In this document: positions 48,444-57,075 of the stretch, piece by piece
How positions within the stretch are numbered: position 1 is the stretch's first letter
How the letters are laid out: each line of letters starts with the position of its first letter
Source of the DNA: Acidimicrobiales bacterium
GTDB lineage: Bacteria; Actinomycetota; Acidimicrobiia; Acidimicrobiales; RAAP-2
DNA: 64,000 bases
Assembly (NCBI GenBank): GCA_050701895.1
Contig: JBOGFT010000009.1
Location: 16,186 to 80,185 of the forward strand
Direction of reading: 5' to 3'
Program-made: the position numbers and the translations under genes
Notes under the pieces: generated by a model
What the model was told of the DNA's origin: nothing
The model's database searches: none
What the model saw: the letters and a program-made list of their open reading frames with translations, nothing else

Positions 48444-49865
48444 ATGAGCACGCCAATTGCCCCCATGGACCTCCCCACGACGCTCGGCGCCCTGCGCTCG
48501 ACCGAGTACCGGGCCAAATCGGTACGCGAAGAGATTCGCCAGAATCTCGAGGCGCGACTGGCCGATGGCCTCGCCCTCACCGCTTCAGTGCTGGGCTTCG
48601 AGGACACCGTGCTGCCCCAACTCGAGACCGCGCTCTTGGCCGGGCACGACGTCATCCTGCTGGGCGAGCGAGGTCAGGCGAAGACGCGAATCATAAGATC
48701 GCTGGTCGAGCTGCTGGACGAGTGGTTGCCGATCGTCGCGGGTTCGGACGTTCGTGATGACCCCTTCGCGCCGATCTCGGCGTACGGGATTGACGTCGTT
48801 GCCGAGCACGGTGACGCCACGCCGATCGCCTGGGTTCACCGGAGCCAGCGCTTCGCCGAGAAGCTGGCTTCTCCCGACACGTCGATGGCGGACCTGATCG
48901 GTGAGATCGACCCCATCAAAGTGGCGGGCGGCCTCTACCTTGACGATCCCAAGGCCCTCAGCTACGGCCTAGTTCCCAAATCCAATCGCGGCATCTTCGC
49001 GATCAACGAGCTGCCCGACCTCTCCGAGCGGATCCAAGTGGGCCTCTTGAACGTCTTAGAGGAGCGCGACGTACAGATCCGTGGCCACCTCGTGCGCCTC
49101 GATCTCGACGTGATGGTCGTCGCTACCGCCAACCCCGAGGACTACACCAACCGCGGCCGGCTCATCACGCCACTGAAGGACCGCTTCGGTTCGCAGATCC
49201 GCACGCACTACCCCTTCGAAGTGTCGACGGAGATCGAGATCATGCACCAAGAGGCTCACCTGCCGGTGACCGAGGTGCCCCTCATCGTCCCGTGGTTCAT
49301 TGACGACATCGTGGCGCGCGTCAGCCACGTCGCACGGCGCAGTCACGTCATCAGCCAAAGTTCGGGGGTCTCAGTGCGCCTCTCGATCGCCAACTTCGAA
49401 ACGGTCGTCGCGAACGCGCTGCGTCGTACGTTGCGCACACGCGACGTCGTCGTCGTGCCGCGAGTGAGTGATTTGAGCGCTATGGTTCAGTCCACCCAGG
49501 GCAAGATCGAGTTCGACACCATGGACGACAGCGACGCCGATCAGGTCATCGCGGCGCTGGTGTCGCTCGCGGTGCGTCAGTGCTTCGCCGAGGTGTTGCT
49601 CGAAGAGGCGCCCGACATTGTCGACGCCTTCAACTCTGAGGCCATCGTTCACACCGGTGACGATCTGCCCGACGCGCACTACCTCGACGTCCTGGCGGCG
49701 ATGCCCGCGTTGCAAGCGCCGGTGGAGCGCGTCGTCGGACCCGGCGCGAGTGACGGCGAGAAGTCAGCGGCGGTGGAGTTCGTGCTGGAGGGGCTCTATC
49801 TCACTAAGCGACTCGCGAAGGACGCCTCGGGTGCGCGGGCCCTCTATCGCTCGAGGACCCGCTAA
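48444..49865 (+). CDS. AAA+ ATPase, Mg-chelatase subunit I (ChlI/BchI)-like
   Basis: Walker A LLGERGQAKTR, a Walker B-like RGIFAINELPDL, LLNVLEERDV and VVATANPEDY.RG.L..PLKDRF match the family. Confidence 0.8.
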   Translation: MSTPIAPMDLPTTLGALRSTEYRAKSVREEIRQNLEARLADGLALTASVLGFEDTVLPQLETALLAGHDVILLGERGQAKTRIIRSLVELLDEWLPIVAGSDVRDDPFAPISAYGIDVVAEHGDATPIAWVHRSQRFAEKLASPDTSMADLIGEIDPIKVAGGLYLDDPKALSYGLVPKSNRGIFAINELPDLSERIQVGLLNVLEERDVQIRGHLVRLDLDVMVVATANPEDYTNRGRLITPLKDRFGSQIRTHYPFEVSTEIEIMHQEAHLPVTEVPLIVPWFIDDIVARVSHVARRSHVISQSSGVSVRLSIANFETVVANALRRTLRTRDVVVVPRVSDLSAMVQSTQGKIEFDTMDDSDADQVIAALVSLAVRQCFAEVLLEEAPDIVDAFNSEAIVHTGDDLPDAHYLDVLAAMPALQAPVERVVGPGASDGEKSAAVEFVLEGLYLTKRLAKDASGARALYRSRTR

Positions 49866-51860
49866 GTGCCAGTTCGCTACGGCTATCGCCGGGTCGGCGA
49901 CGATGATGAGTTCGACGATCTCGATGTCGACGAGCTGTTGTCGCTTCTAGCGGACGACTTCATGGAGAACGGCGACCTGGATGAGGCGATGGACCGGCTC
50001 TTGCGCGAAGGCTACGAGAGCGAGGACGGTGATCGCGTCGAGGGATTACGCGAGCTGCTCGAGCGAACTCGTCAGAGACGACGCGAGTTAGAACGACAGG
50101 TCGATCCCGACGGAGAGATGCAGAGATACCGTGACTGGCTCAACGAGATTGAGGAGACCGAAGAGCTCGAACTCGATCAGTTGATGCAAGACGCACAGGA
50201 GTCGGGCGATGAGCGCCGTCACGAGGTCACCCGCGACCTCGTGGACCAGCGCAAGATGCAGCGTGACCTCATGAGCCAGCGTTTGGCGGAACGCCTCGGC
50301 GAGTACCGCAACTACGAGTTCGTTTCCTCGGACGCACGAGAGGAGTTCGACGAGCTCATGGGTGAACTCGAGCGCGACGTGCTCGACACCTACTTCCAGC
50401 AGAGCAAGGAGTTCATGGGCCGCCCCGACCCCGAGGAGATCGCTCGCATGCGCGACATGATGGACGCGCTCTCTACGATGATCGAACAGGATCGCCGCGG
50501 GGAAGATCTCGATCCCACCTTCGACGACTTCATAGAGAAGTTCGGTGACTTCTTTCCGGGAGCTCAGAGCCTCGAGGACGTGGTACGAATGATGGCCGAA
50601 CGGGCCGCGGCCGCCGAGGCGATGTTCAACTCGCTTTCAGCTGAGCAGCAGGGCGAACTTCGGGCGCTCTTCGACGAGATGATGCAGAACATGGAGCTGA
50701 ACTTCTCCATGAATCGCCTCGTCTCGAACTTACGTCAGGCGACCCCGGACATCGACTGGAGTCGCGCGCACCGCATGCGCGGCCAGGACGGTTCGCGCTT
50801 CGCCGATGTTGCCTCGGTTGCCGAGCAGTTGGGCGAACTGGAGGGCTTGGAGGAGTTCCTTGGCCAAAGTCACGCAGCTCAGGGACTACCTGAGGTGGAC
50901 ATAGAGTCGGTGCGGCGCAATCTCGGCGATGACGCTGCGCGGCACGTGCAGCGGCTCGAGCGCGCGGTGCAGGGCTTGAAGGATCAGGGTTTCATCGATC
51001 GTTCGTCGAATCGCTTGGCTTTGAGCGCTCGAGGCGTGCGCAAGATCGGTCAGATAGCCCTGCGCGATCTCTTTCGCCAGCTTCGCGACTCACCGCCGCT
51101 GGGGGGACACCCGATCGCGACGCTGGCTCGTGGCGGAGATCGCGAAGAGACGGCCAAGCCCTGGGAACCGGGCGAAGCTGTCTCCTTGCACCTGCCGCGC
51201 ACGTTGCGCAATGCGCTGCTGCGCCGAGGGCCTGGTACGCCCGTTCAGCTTCACCCCGACGATTTCGAGGTTGAAGAGTACGAAGCGACACGACGCTCCT
51301 CTACCGTGTTCGCGATTGACCTCTCTCTCTCCATGGCGATGCGGGGCAACCTCGTTCCGGCCAAGAAGATGGTGCTCGCTCTCACGCAACTGATCTCGTC
51401 GAAGTTCCCTCGTGACTTCGTAGCGGTCGTTGGCTTCGGCGAGCGTGCGCAGCAGTTGAAGTTAGAGGATATCCCCGCGCTGACGATCGACCACAACTAC
51501 GGCACCAACCTTCAACACGCCCTGGCGCTCGCTCGCCACCTGCTGCGAAACGAGCGCGGCGAGCGCCAGATCGTCGTCGTGACCGACGGCGAGCCGACGG
51601 CCCACCTCACCAGTTCGGGGGAGCCATTCTTCTCGTGGCCCCCCGTTCACGAAACCCTGGAGAAGACCATGGCCGAGGTCTTGCGTTGCACGAAGGCCGA
51701 CATCACGATCAACACCTTCGCCCTCGACATCGAGCGCAGTCAATTCCCCTTCGTGGAGCAGATCGCCCGGGTGAATGGGGGGCGGCTTTTCTACCTCGAC
51801 GTGAACGATCTGGGAACCTACGCTCTGGACGACTTCGTCAAACATCGCCGCGCTGGCTGA
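49866..51860 (+). CDS. vWA-domain protein with long acidic helical N-terminal region (ChlD/BchD-like architecture)
   Basis: The C-terminal vWA domain has the MIDAS motif VFAIDLSLSM and VVVTDGEPT. The N-terminal roughly 330 aa are extremely Asp/Glu/Arg-rich. The start directly abuts the ATPase stop. Confidence 0.8.
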   Translation: MPVRYGYRRVGDDDEFDDLDVDELLSLLADDFMENGDLDEAMDRLLREGYESEDGDRVEGLRELLERTRQRRRELERQVDPDGEMQRYRDWLNEIEETEELELDQLMQDAQESGDERRHEVTRDLVDQRKMQRDLMSQRLAERLGEYRNYEFVSSDAREEFDELMGELERDVLDTYFQQSKEFMGRPDPEEIARMRDMMDALSTMIEQDRRGEDLDPTFDDFIEKFGDFFPGAQSLEDVVRMMAERAAAAEAMFNSLSAEQQGELRALFDEMMQNMELNFSMNRLVSNLRQATPDIDWSRAHRMRGQDGSRFADVASVAEQLGELEGLEEFLGQSHAAQGLPEVDIESVRRNLGDDAARHVQRLERAVQGLKDQGFIDRSSNRLALSARGVRKIGQIALRDLFRQLRDSPPLGGHPIATLARGGDREETAKPWEPGEAVSLHLPRTLRNALLRRGPGTPVQLHPDDFEVEEYEATRRSSTVFAIDLSLSMAMRGNLVPAKKMVLALTQLISSKFPRDFVAVVGFGERAQQLKLEDIPALTIDHNYGTNLQHALALARHLLRNERGERQIVVVTDGEPTAHLTSSGEPFFSWPPVHETLEKTMAEVLRCTKADITINTFALDIERSQFPFVEQIARVNGGRLFYLDVNDLGTYALDDFVKHRRAG

Positions 51861-51982
51861 ACCAAAGACGCCTCGACCAGGTAATTCGAAAATTCCATTT
51901 GCATTTTGCGCCAAACCCCGCAACAATGACACCGTTGTAATTACATCGATGGCAGTGGTCTTCGACGGGGAGGAATCACAAC
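51861..51982 (+). promoter_or_regulatory. whiB upstream region with perfect 10-bp palindrome TGTAATTACA (51936-51945)
   Basis: Locally AT-rich sequence (..gtaattcgaaaattccatttgcattttgcg..). The palindrome sits about 40 nt upstream of the GTG start, and GGAGGA lies before the start. Confidence 0.3.
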
Positions 51983-52258
51983 GTGGAAATTGTCGAACTC
52001 TTAAGTGGCCTTGAGGACAGGGGCTGGCAGGCACGCGCCAACTGCATGGGCGTCGACCCTGATCTCTTCTTTCCCGAACGCGGGGCATCTACCCGTGAGG
52101 CCAAGGAGGTGTGTCGCGGTTGCGTGGTGCGCGACGACTGCCTGGAGTACGCCCTCGACAACGGAGAGAAATTCGGTATTTGGGGCGGAATGAGTGAGCG
52201 CGAGCGCCGCCGTCTGCGCCGCGCTCGAGCGCTCGAGCGCCGCGCTCAGGCCGGTTAA
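51983..52258 (+). CDS. WhiB-family transcriptional regulator
   Basis: Four-Cys Fe-S pattern C-x24-C-x2-C-x5-C (ANCMGVDPDLFFP...CRGCVVRDDC) and GIWGGMSERERRRL match WhiB. Confidence 0.92.
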   Translation: MEIVELLSGLEDRGWQARANCMGVDPDLFFPERGASTREAKEVCRGCVVRDDCLEYALDNGEKFGIWGGMSERERRRLRRARALERRAQAG

Positions 52259-53070
52259 GCGAGACGGGACTCGATCGTGGCGCCTTCGGCCAGGCCGAGT
52301 TGTGCCCAGCGTTTGGGGTCCTCTGCCTTCAGCACGCCCTCGGGTATCAGACCCACGAGTTCGGCGTGATCGACCTCGCCCGCGCCGAGTAGGCCAAGGG
52401 CCTTGTCGTAGACCGCCGAAGGTCGCACGGTCATCGGATCGATCAAGTTGCAACTGATTTGGACCATATCGGGCATCTGGAAGGCCAGGGCGCGCACTTC
52501 ACCTCGGCGTAGCGCCCTTGCGATCACGCGCCCTTCGCCGAGGTCGATCCCGCGAACCCAGAGATTCCACGCCACCAGCACCGGGCGCGCGCCAATGGCG
52601 CTAGCGCCACGCTCGGCGCTCGGCTTCATCGGTCCCATGTCGGGCGCGAAGGAGTGAAAGGCGTGACGGCGCACCTCAGGGAGGCTTCTCTTGGAACCGT
52701 CGCGCAGGCGCCCGTAGAGAAAGACCGGCACGCCGAAGGTACCAGCCACCCAGGAGGCTGTTTCGTTGCGCAAAGTCGCCGCCTCCTGGGCCTTTCGCGA
52801 GTCCAGAGCGACGAAGGGCACGACGTCCAAGACGCCAAAGCATGGGTGCACGCCCTCGTGATCTCGCAGGTCCAAGAGCTTCATGGTGGCCACAATGAAG
52901 CTGCGCACGTGGCGCCGCAGTTCCGTGCGGTGGTCGATCAAAGTGAAGACGCTGCGGTTGTGAACGGCATCGCTGTGGCGGTCGCGCAGCGCCGGGCCGG
53001 CGGCCCGCCCCAACTCGTCGAGCACATCCAGGCGGCGCCCGTCAGATACGTTGATGACGCATTCGAACAA
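52255..53070 (-). CDS. glutamate formimidoyltransferase-like protein (FtcD transferase domain only)
   Basis: FECVINVSDGR (compare ECVPNFSEGR), D..HNRSVFT and the HPCFGVLDVVPFV pattern match the domain. At 271 aa there is no cyclodeaminase domain. Confidence 0.75.
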   Translation of the reverse strand: MFECVINVSDGRRLDVLDELGRAAGPALRDRHSDAVHNRSVFTLIDHRTELRRHVRSFIVATMKLLDLRDHEGVHPCFGVLDVVPFVALDSRKAQEAATLRNETASWVAGTFGVPVFLYGRLRDGSKRSLPEVRRHAFHSFAPDMGPMKPSAERGASAIGARPVLVAWNLWVRGIDLGEGRVIARALRRGEVRALAFQMPDMVQISCNLIDPMTVRPSAVYDKALGLLGAGEVDHAELVGLIPEGVLKAEDPKRWAQLGLAEGATIESRLA

Positions 53071-53078
53071 CGCGGGTC

Positions 53079-53336
53079 CTAGTGCAGGTCGCGATTAAAG
53101 AGGCGCAGTCGGCGGCGCTCGCGCAGGAGACGGCGGCGCTCGCGTTCGCTCTTGCCGCCCCAAACCCCGTGGTCGATGTGATTGTCGAGTGCGTACACCA
53201 GACACTCACTAGCCACGGGGCAGGTCGCGCAAATGCGCTGAGCGACGATGACTCCCATACCGTCGCGGGGGAAGAAGGTTTCTGGTGCGTACTCACGGCA
53301 CTTTCCGTCAGCCATCCATTCAGCACTCATACACAC
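53079..53336 (-). CDS. WhiB-family transcriptional regulator
   Basis: GKCREYAPETFFP...CATCPVASEC...GVWGGKSERERRRL matches WhiB. It lies 8 bp upstream of the formimidoyltransferase-like gene on the same strand. ATG 53330 is an alternative start. Confidence 0.92.
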   Translation of the reverse strand: MCMSAEWMADGKCREYAPETFFPRDGMGVIVAQRICATCPVASECLVYALDNHIDHGVWGGKSERERRRLLRERRRLRLFNRDLH

Positions 53337-53493
53337 CTCCTTCCCTACTTCTCGTCCTCACAGTACTGACTTCGCGCGCCCCCGTCGTTAAGATTCCATG
53401 TCAGAATTCTTAAGGTTCCGAACGTCTTTGAACGGCCTTAGAGCCCCGCGAGAGAAGACCAGTAGAATAGCGAAAAAGTGCGTAAGGAGTGTC

Positions 53494-53772
53494 GTGAGCC
53501 AAGTCCCGACCAGTGAATCAGTTGAGGTGGTCGACCCGGTCGGCCACGTGCAAGTTGTCTACCTAGGTCCCGTCGCACCGCACTGGGAGTGCCGGATGGT
53601 GTTTGGCGACGAGGAGCAGATTCAGGCCTTCGTTGACCGCGTCGACGCACGACTGCGCTTCCTGCCGCCCCACGACCCTCAGTTTCGCCGCAACCGCGAG
53701 CGCGTGAACCGCGACGCCGAGCGCGAGAATCTTCTCGTCGAGTGGAATCTCGGGTACGACGAAGAGTCGTAA
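53494..53772 (+). CDS. hypothetical protein
   Basis: GTG 53494 is preceded by AAGGAG at good spacing. It encodes 92 aa with no recognised motif. The track ORF start at 53398 lies in AT-rich promoter-like DNA. Confidence 0.5.
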   Translation: MSQVPTSESVEVVDPVGHVQVVYLGPVAPHWECRMVFGDEEQIQAFVDRVDARLRFLPPHDPQFRRNRERVNRDAERENLLVEWNLGYDEES

Positions 53773-53788
53773 GCCTTCGACCCCTCGC

Positions 53789-54922
53789 TTAGGCGAGAGG
53801 CGACGTGGTCACTCGCTCGTACCACGCCTGAGGATCGTTCAGTTCACTGGCGCTGGGTAGGCCATCCACGCGAAGCAATGCACCAAACACGCTGAGCGAG
53901 TGCTCGGCGACGAGCGTGGCGACGAACTGAGTCGCGGCGTCGTGGTGGGGTCCTTGGGTGGAGATACCAAAAAGCGCGGCGGCCGCGTCCTCTCCACGTG
54001 CGTCGCTGCGACGATGGCGCGCGTACGCCTCCATCAGCGCGGGCCGGGGCCCGAGTAGCGTTTCGGTGATGTCGTGCGCCGCGGCGGCGAAGAAGGCCAG
54101 TAGAACGCTCGTCGCGGCATTGATGGCCCGCGTGGCGTTGGTCTCTTCGGGCATGGCGATGCCTTCGAGCAGTGCCTCGGGATTGTTCATCATTTCGTTG
54201 ATGTCGCCCGATTCCATCAGACTCTGCAGGCGCCCCATGATGTCGCCCTGAAGGGCGCTCGACTCTTTCACGGCGTCGAGCAGGAGGGCGCGCAGGGCGT
54301 CGCTCGTTCCGGGCTGTGTGAGGACGAGTGACGCGACGAACTCCTGGGCGAGGGCGAACACATAGACCTCGTCGTTTTCCAGGGACCACGCATCGGCGAA
54401 GTTCGCGAGATTGTTCACCACGAGGTGGTGTTGGCCGTTCAGTCGTGGCAGCGGGAGCACGGCGAGCGACCAGGCGCGCTCGGAGAAGTGCCCCGCGACC
54501 GAGCCCATCTGAAACCCGGCGAAGAGCGGTCCGATCGTGGAGGAGATCTGGTTCAGGAGTTGATTCTCCTGCACATCGATCTCATCACCGGGCAGGGACG
54601 AGGGCGACGACGAGGATGTCATCGCCGGTTCCATGAGCGGGCGCCATTGCTCAAGGGCGGCCATCGTCAGAGCCGAGCGATTGACCGCCACGACATTCGG
54701 CTCGCTGGAGACTCCAAAGAGAGCGTCCACGTGTCGCCCAACGAGGGGCGCCAACTCCTCCAGGCGTTGACGCTGGATCGGCTGGGGATTGGGGTCGCCG
54801 TCCTCGCCGCGCGCGAGGTTGAGCGCCAGCTGTGAGGCGGTTTGATACCACGCATCGGGGCCCTGTTGGCTCAGCATGGAAAAGATGTCGCCGAACATGT
54901 CGCCGAAGGGATTGCTGGTCAC
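53789..54922 (-). CDS. hypothetical protein (377 aa)
   Basis: Its coding-like composition is consistent with neighbouring genes, and its start overlaps the stop of the upstream PDZ gene by 4 nt. There is no HExxH or other catalytic motif that I can recognise. Confidence 0.6.
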   Translation of the reverse strand: MTSNPFGDMFGDIFSMLSQQGPDAWYQTASQLALNLARGEDGDPNPQPIQRQRLEELAPLVGRHVDALFGVSSEPNVVAVNRSALTMAALEQWRPLMEPAMTSSSSPSSLPGDEIDVQENQLLNQISSTIGPLFAGFQMGSVAGHFSERAWSLAVLPLPRLNGQHHLVVNNLANFADAWSLENDEVYVFALAQEFVASLVLTQPGTSDALRALLLDAVKESSALQGDIMGRLQSLMESGDINEMMNNPEALLEGIAMPEETNATRAINAATSVLLAFFAAAAHDITETLLGPRPALMEAYARHRRSDARGEDAAAALFGISTQGPHHDAATQFVATLVAEHSLSVFGALLRVDGLPSASELNDPQAWYERVTTSPLA

Positions 54923-56040
54923 GGCACCAACTTAGAGGGACACCCTAGGGTCACGTCCACGTGATGGACCGTTGTGCTCTTGGCGTAGGTCAACTCGGCG
55001 CGGGTGTAGGCCGGGGTTAAGTACAGGGTCGAGACCAGCTGGTTCCACGTGTCGAGTTCGGTACCGTTCCAGGCGGTGATGACCTCGCCGACGCGAAGTC
55101 GGGCGTGAGCGGCTGCGCTGTAGCGGACGATCTTGGTGATGAGCACGCCGCCGCCCTGCTCGGTCTTGCCATTGATGCCGAGGTCGGCGTGGCAGCCGTG
55201 CCCAGTAGCCACGACGTCGGCGACCTGGGCCACGAACTGAGCGGGGTACCAGAAGTGCCGCGACGACAGCACGGCGACGACCCGATCGGAAGTGTCGACG
55301 GCGATGGCGTCGATGTAGCTTGACAAACTTGTGTTGGCCGACGTCGCCAGATAGTGAACAACGCCTTGTGCGTTGTTGGTGGGATCGCCGAGGGTCGTCA
55401 TCGTCCAGTCGTACTCTGGCGCCTTTTGTGAGTCTTTCTCGATTGGCGCGATCGCCACGACCGCGGCGCTGGCCGGCATGGGGCCTAGCTTCGATGCCGC
55501 GATCGGAACGCTCAAGTGAACGATGGAAAAGCCCATCACGTTGTCGCGACCTTCGAGCGTGACGTCAAAGTTCCTTCGCTTCGCGGTGGCACCCGTGATC
55601 ACCGCGTTGATGGGAATGACCGTTGTCGTGACGGCGAGGTTGCGGGGGAGAACCAGCGCCGCCACCTTGGTTATGGTTCCGCCCGTCGTGATGGTGAGCT
55701 CCACCGTGTCGGCGGCGGCCACGCGACTCGAGGCGGGAAGCTCGGCGAGAGAGGTCGCCAAATGCGCCGGCGAGTCGGGGCTCGGGGTCCTCGCACCGCG
55801 GTTCACGATGAGAAAGATTCCACCCGCGACCAGCATCGCGGCCACCAGAACAATCACTATCCGCGGGGTTACCGCGTGAGGGCGAGCGGTCGCCGTGGTC
55901 TCCAGGTTTTCGAAGCTCGGTAGCTCACTGGGATGGACCCAATGGCGGGTGTCGGCCGGTGGTCGCGCGCGGCGTCGCCACGGCCAGATTTCGCTCCAAT
56001 GCCTCTCCGCCACCTCAGAAAGGCTAGTAACGAAAGGCAT
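54919..56040 (-). CDS. membrane-anchored PDZ-domain protein (HtrA-like architecture, catalytic motifs not evident)
   Basis: The N-terminal cytoplasmic tail is followed by one TM helix (IVIVLVAAMLVAGGIFLIV). The C-terminal GGGVLITKIVRYSAAAHARLRVGEVITAWNGTEL is PDZ-like. No GNSGG-type serine motif is seen. Confidence 0.65.
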   Translation of the reverse strand: MPFVTSLSEVAERHWSEIWPWRRRARPPADTRHWVHPSELPSFENLETTATARPHAVTPRIVIVLVAAMLVAGGIFLIVNRGARTPSPDSPAHLATSLAELPASSRVAAADTVELTITTGGTITKVAALVLPRNLAVTTTVIPINAVITGATAKRRNFDVTLEGRDNVMGFSIVHLSVPIAASKLGPMPASAAVVAIAPIEKDSQKAPEYDWTMTTLGDPTNNAQGVVHYLATSANTSLSSYIDAIAVDTSDRVVAVLSSRHFWYPAQFVAQVADVVATGHGCHADLGINGKTEQGGGVLITKIVRYSAAAHARLRVGEVITAWNGTELDTWNQLVSTLYLTPAYTRAELTYAKSTTVHHVDVTLGCPSKLVP

Positions 56041-56070
56041 CTCCCATCGGTCGCCCTAGGATTGTCAACT

Positions 56071-57075
56071 ATGGCTGTCGATGTCGCGCTGGATATTGGC
56101 ACCTCGCACACGCGCCTCGCCACCGCCTCGAGGGGAATTTTGTTCGACGAGCCGACGATGGTGGCGATCGACACCAACTCCGGAGTAGTTCAAGATCTCG
56201 GCCATGGGGCGCTCGAACTCATTGGACGTACGTCGCGCCACGTGATCGTCTTTCGACCGTTCAACCAGGGGGCCACCGTCGACTTCGACGTGACGGCTCG
56301 ACTGATTGAGGCTCTGTTCGATCGGGCTGGTGTGTCCAAGATGAGTCGCGCCCGAGTGGTGGTGAGCGTTCCTTCGCTCGCTACCGCGATCGAGCGACGA
56401 GCGCTGCGCCAAGCAGCGATCCAGGCTGGCGCGCGAGAGGCGAGTTTGATTGAGGCGCCGCTCGCTGCCGCCATCGGACTCGGTCTCCCGGTGCAGGATC
56501 CCGTCGGGTCGGCCGTCGTACTGCTCGGCGCGGGAGCGTCCGAGGCGGCGGTGGTCTCCCTTGGCGGCATCGTGACCGGGGCCGCCCGTCGCATCGGGGG
56601 CAGCGACGTCGACTACGCGATCGCGACGTCGCTACGGCTGAACCTCGGAGTTGTCGTTTCGCCTTCTGTCGTCGAGATGTTGAAGTGCACCCTGGCGTCG
56701 GCGCTCGGGCGCACCGCAGGGCTCTCGCAGGTCGTTCTGGCGCGCACGGTCGATCGTGGCCGACTCATCGAGATCGAAGTCAGTGCCGAACTGGTGAACG
56801 CAGCGGCGTACGACGTTCTGCACACCACGATGCGAATGATCCAGGAGTGTCTCGGCGGCACGCCGCCAGACCTCGCGCAAGATGTCAGTGCGCGGGGACT
56901 CACCATCGCTGGTGGTCACGCCAACGTGGCTGATCTTGATGAGCTGGTGGCGACGAGCAGCGGCGTCGAGGTGAGCGTGGCGCCCCAGTCCGATCTCGTC
57001 GTCATCCAGGGACTGCAGGCCTGTCTCGAGGAAATGGCCTCGCTGCACGCCCTCCTTCGTAGCGCGGATCGCTAG
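56071..57075 (+). CDS. MreB-family actin-like protein (divergent)
   Basis: From ATG 56071 the sequence reads DIGTSHTRLA, RPFNQGATVDFDVT and VVVSVPSLATAIERRALRQAAIQAGAREASLIEAPLAAAIGLGLPV, which closely parallels MreB. The upstream part of track ORF 55933.. is antisense to the PDZ gene. Confidence 0.8.
   Translation: MAVDVALDIGTSHTRLATASRGILFDEPTMVAIDTNSGVVQDLGHGALELIGRTSRHVIVFRPFNQGATVDFDVTARLIEALFDRAGVSKMSRARVVVSVPSLATAIERRALRQAAIQAGAREASLIEAPLAAAIGLGLPVQDPVGSAVVLLGAGASEAAVVSLGGIVTGAARRIGGSDVDYAIATSLRLNLGVVVSPSVVEMLKCTLASALGRTAGLSQVVLARTVDRGRLIEIEVSAELVNAAAYDVLHTTMRMIQECLGGTPPDLAQDVSARGLTIAGGHANVADLDELVATSSGVEVSVAPQSDLVVIQGLQACLEEMASLHALLRSADR

Noticed and set aside
52215-52245. Short tandem GCGCTCGAGC repeat near the 3' end of the first whiB gene
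   Set aside because: It lies within the coding sequence and simply encodes the Arg/Ala/Leu/Glu-rich basic tail (RRARALERRA). It is too short to be a meaningful repeat element.
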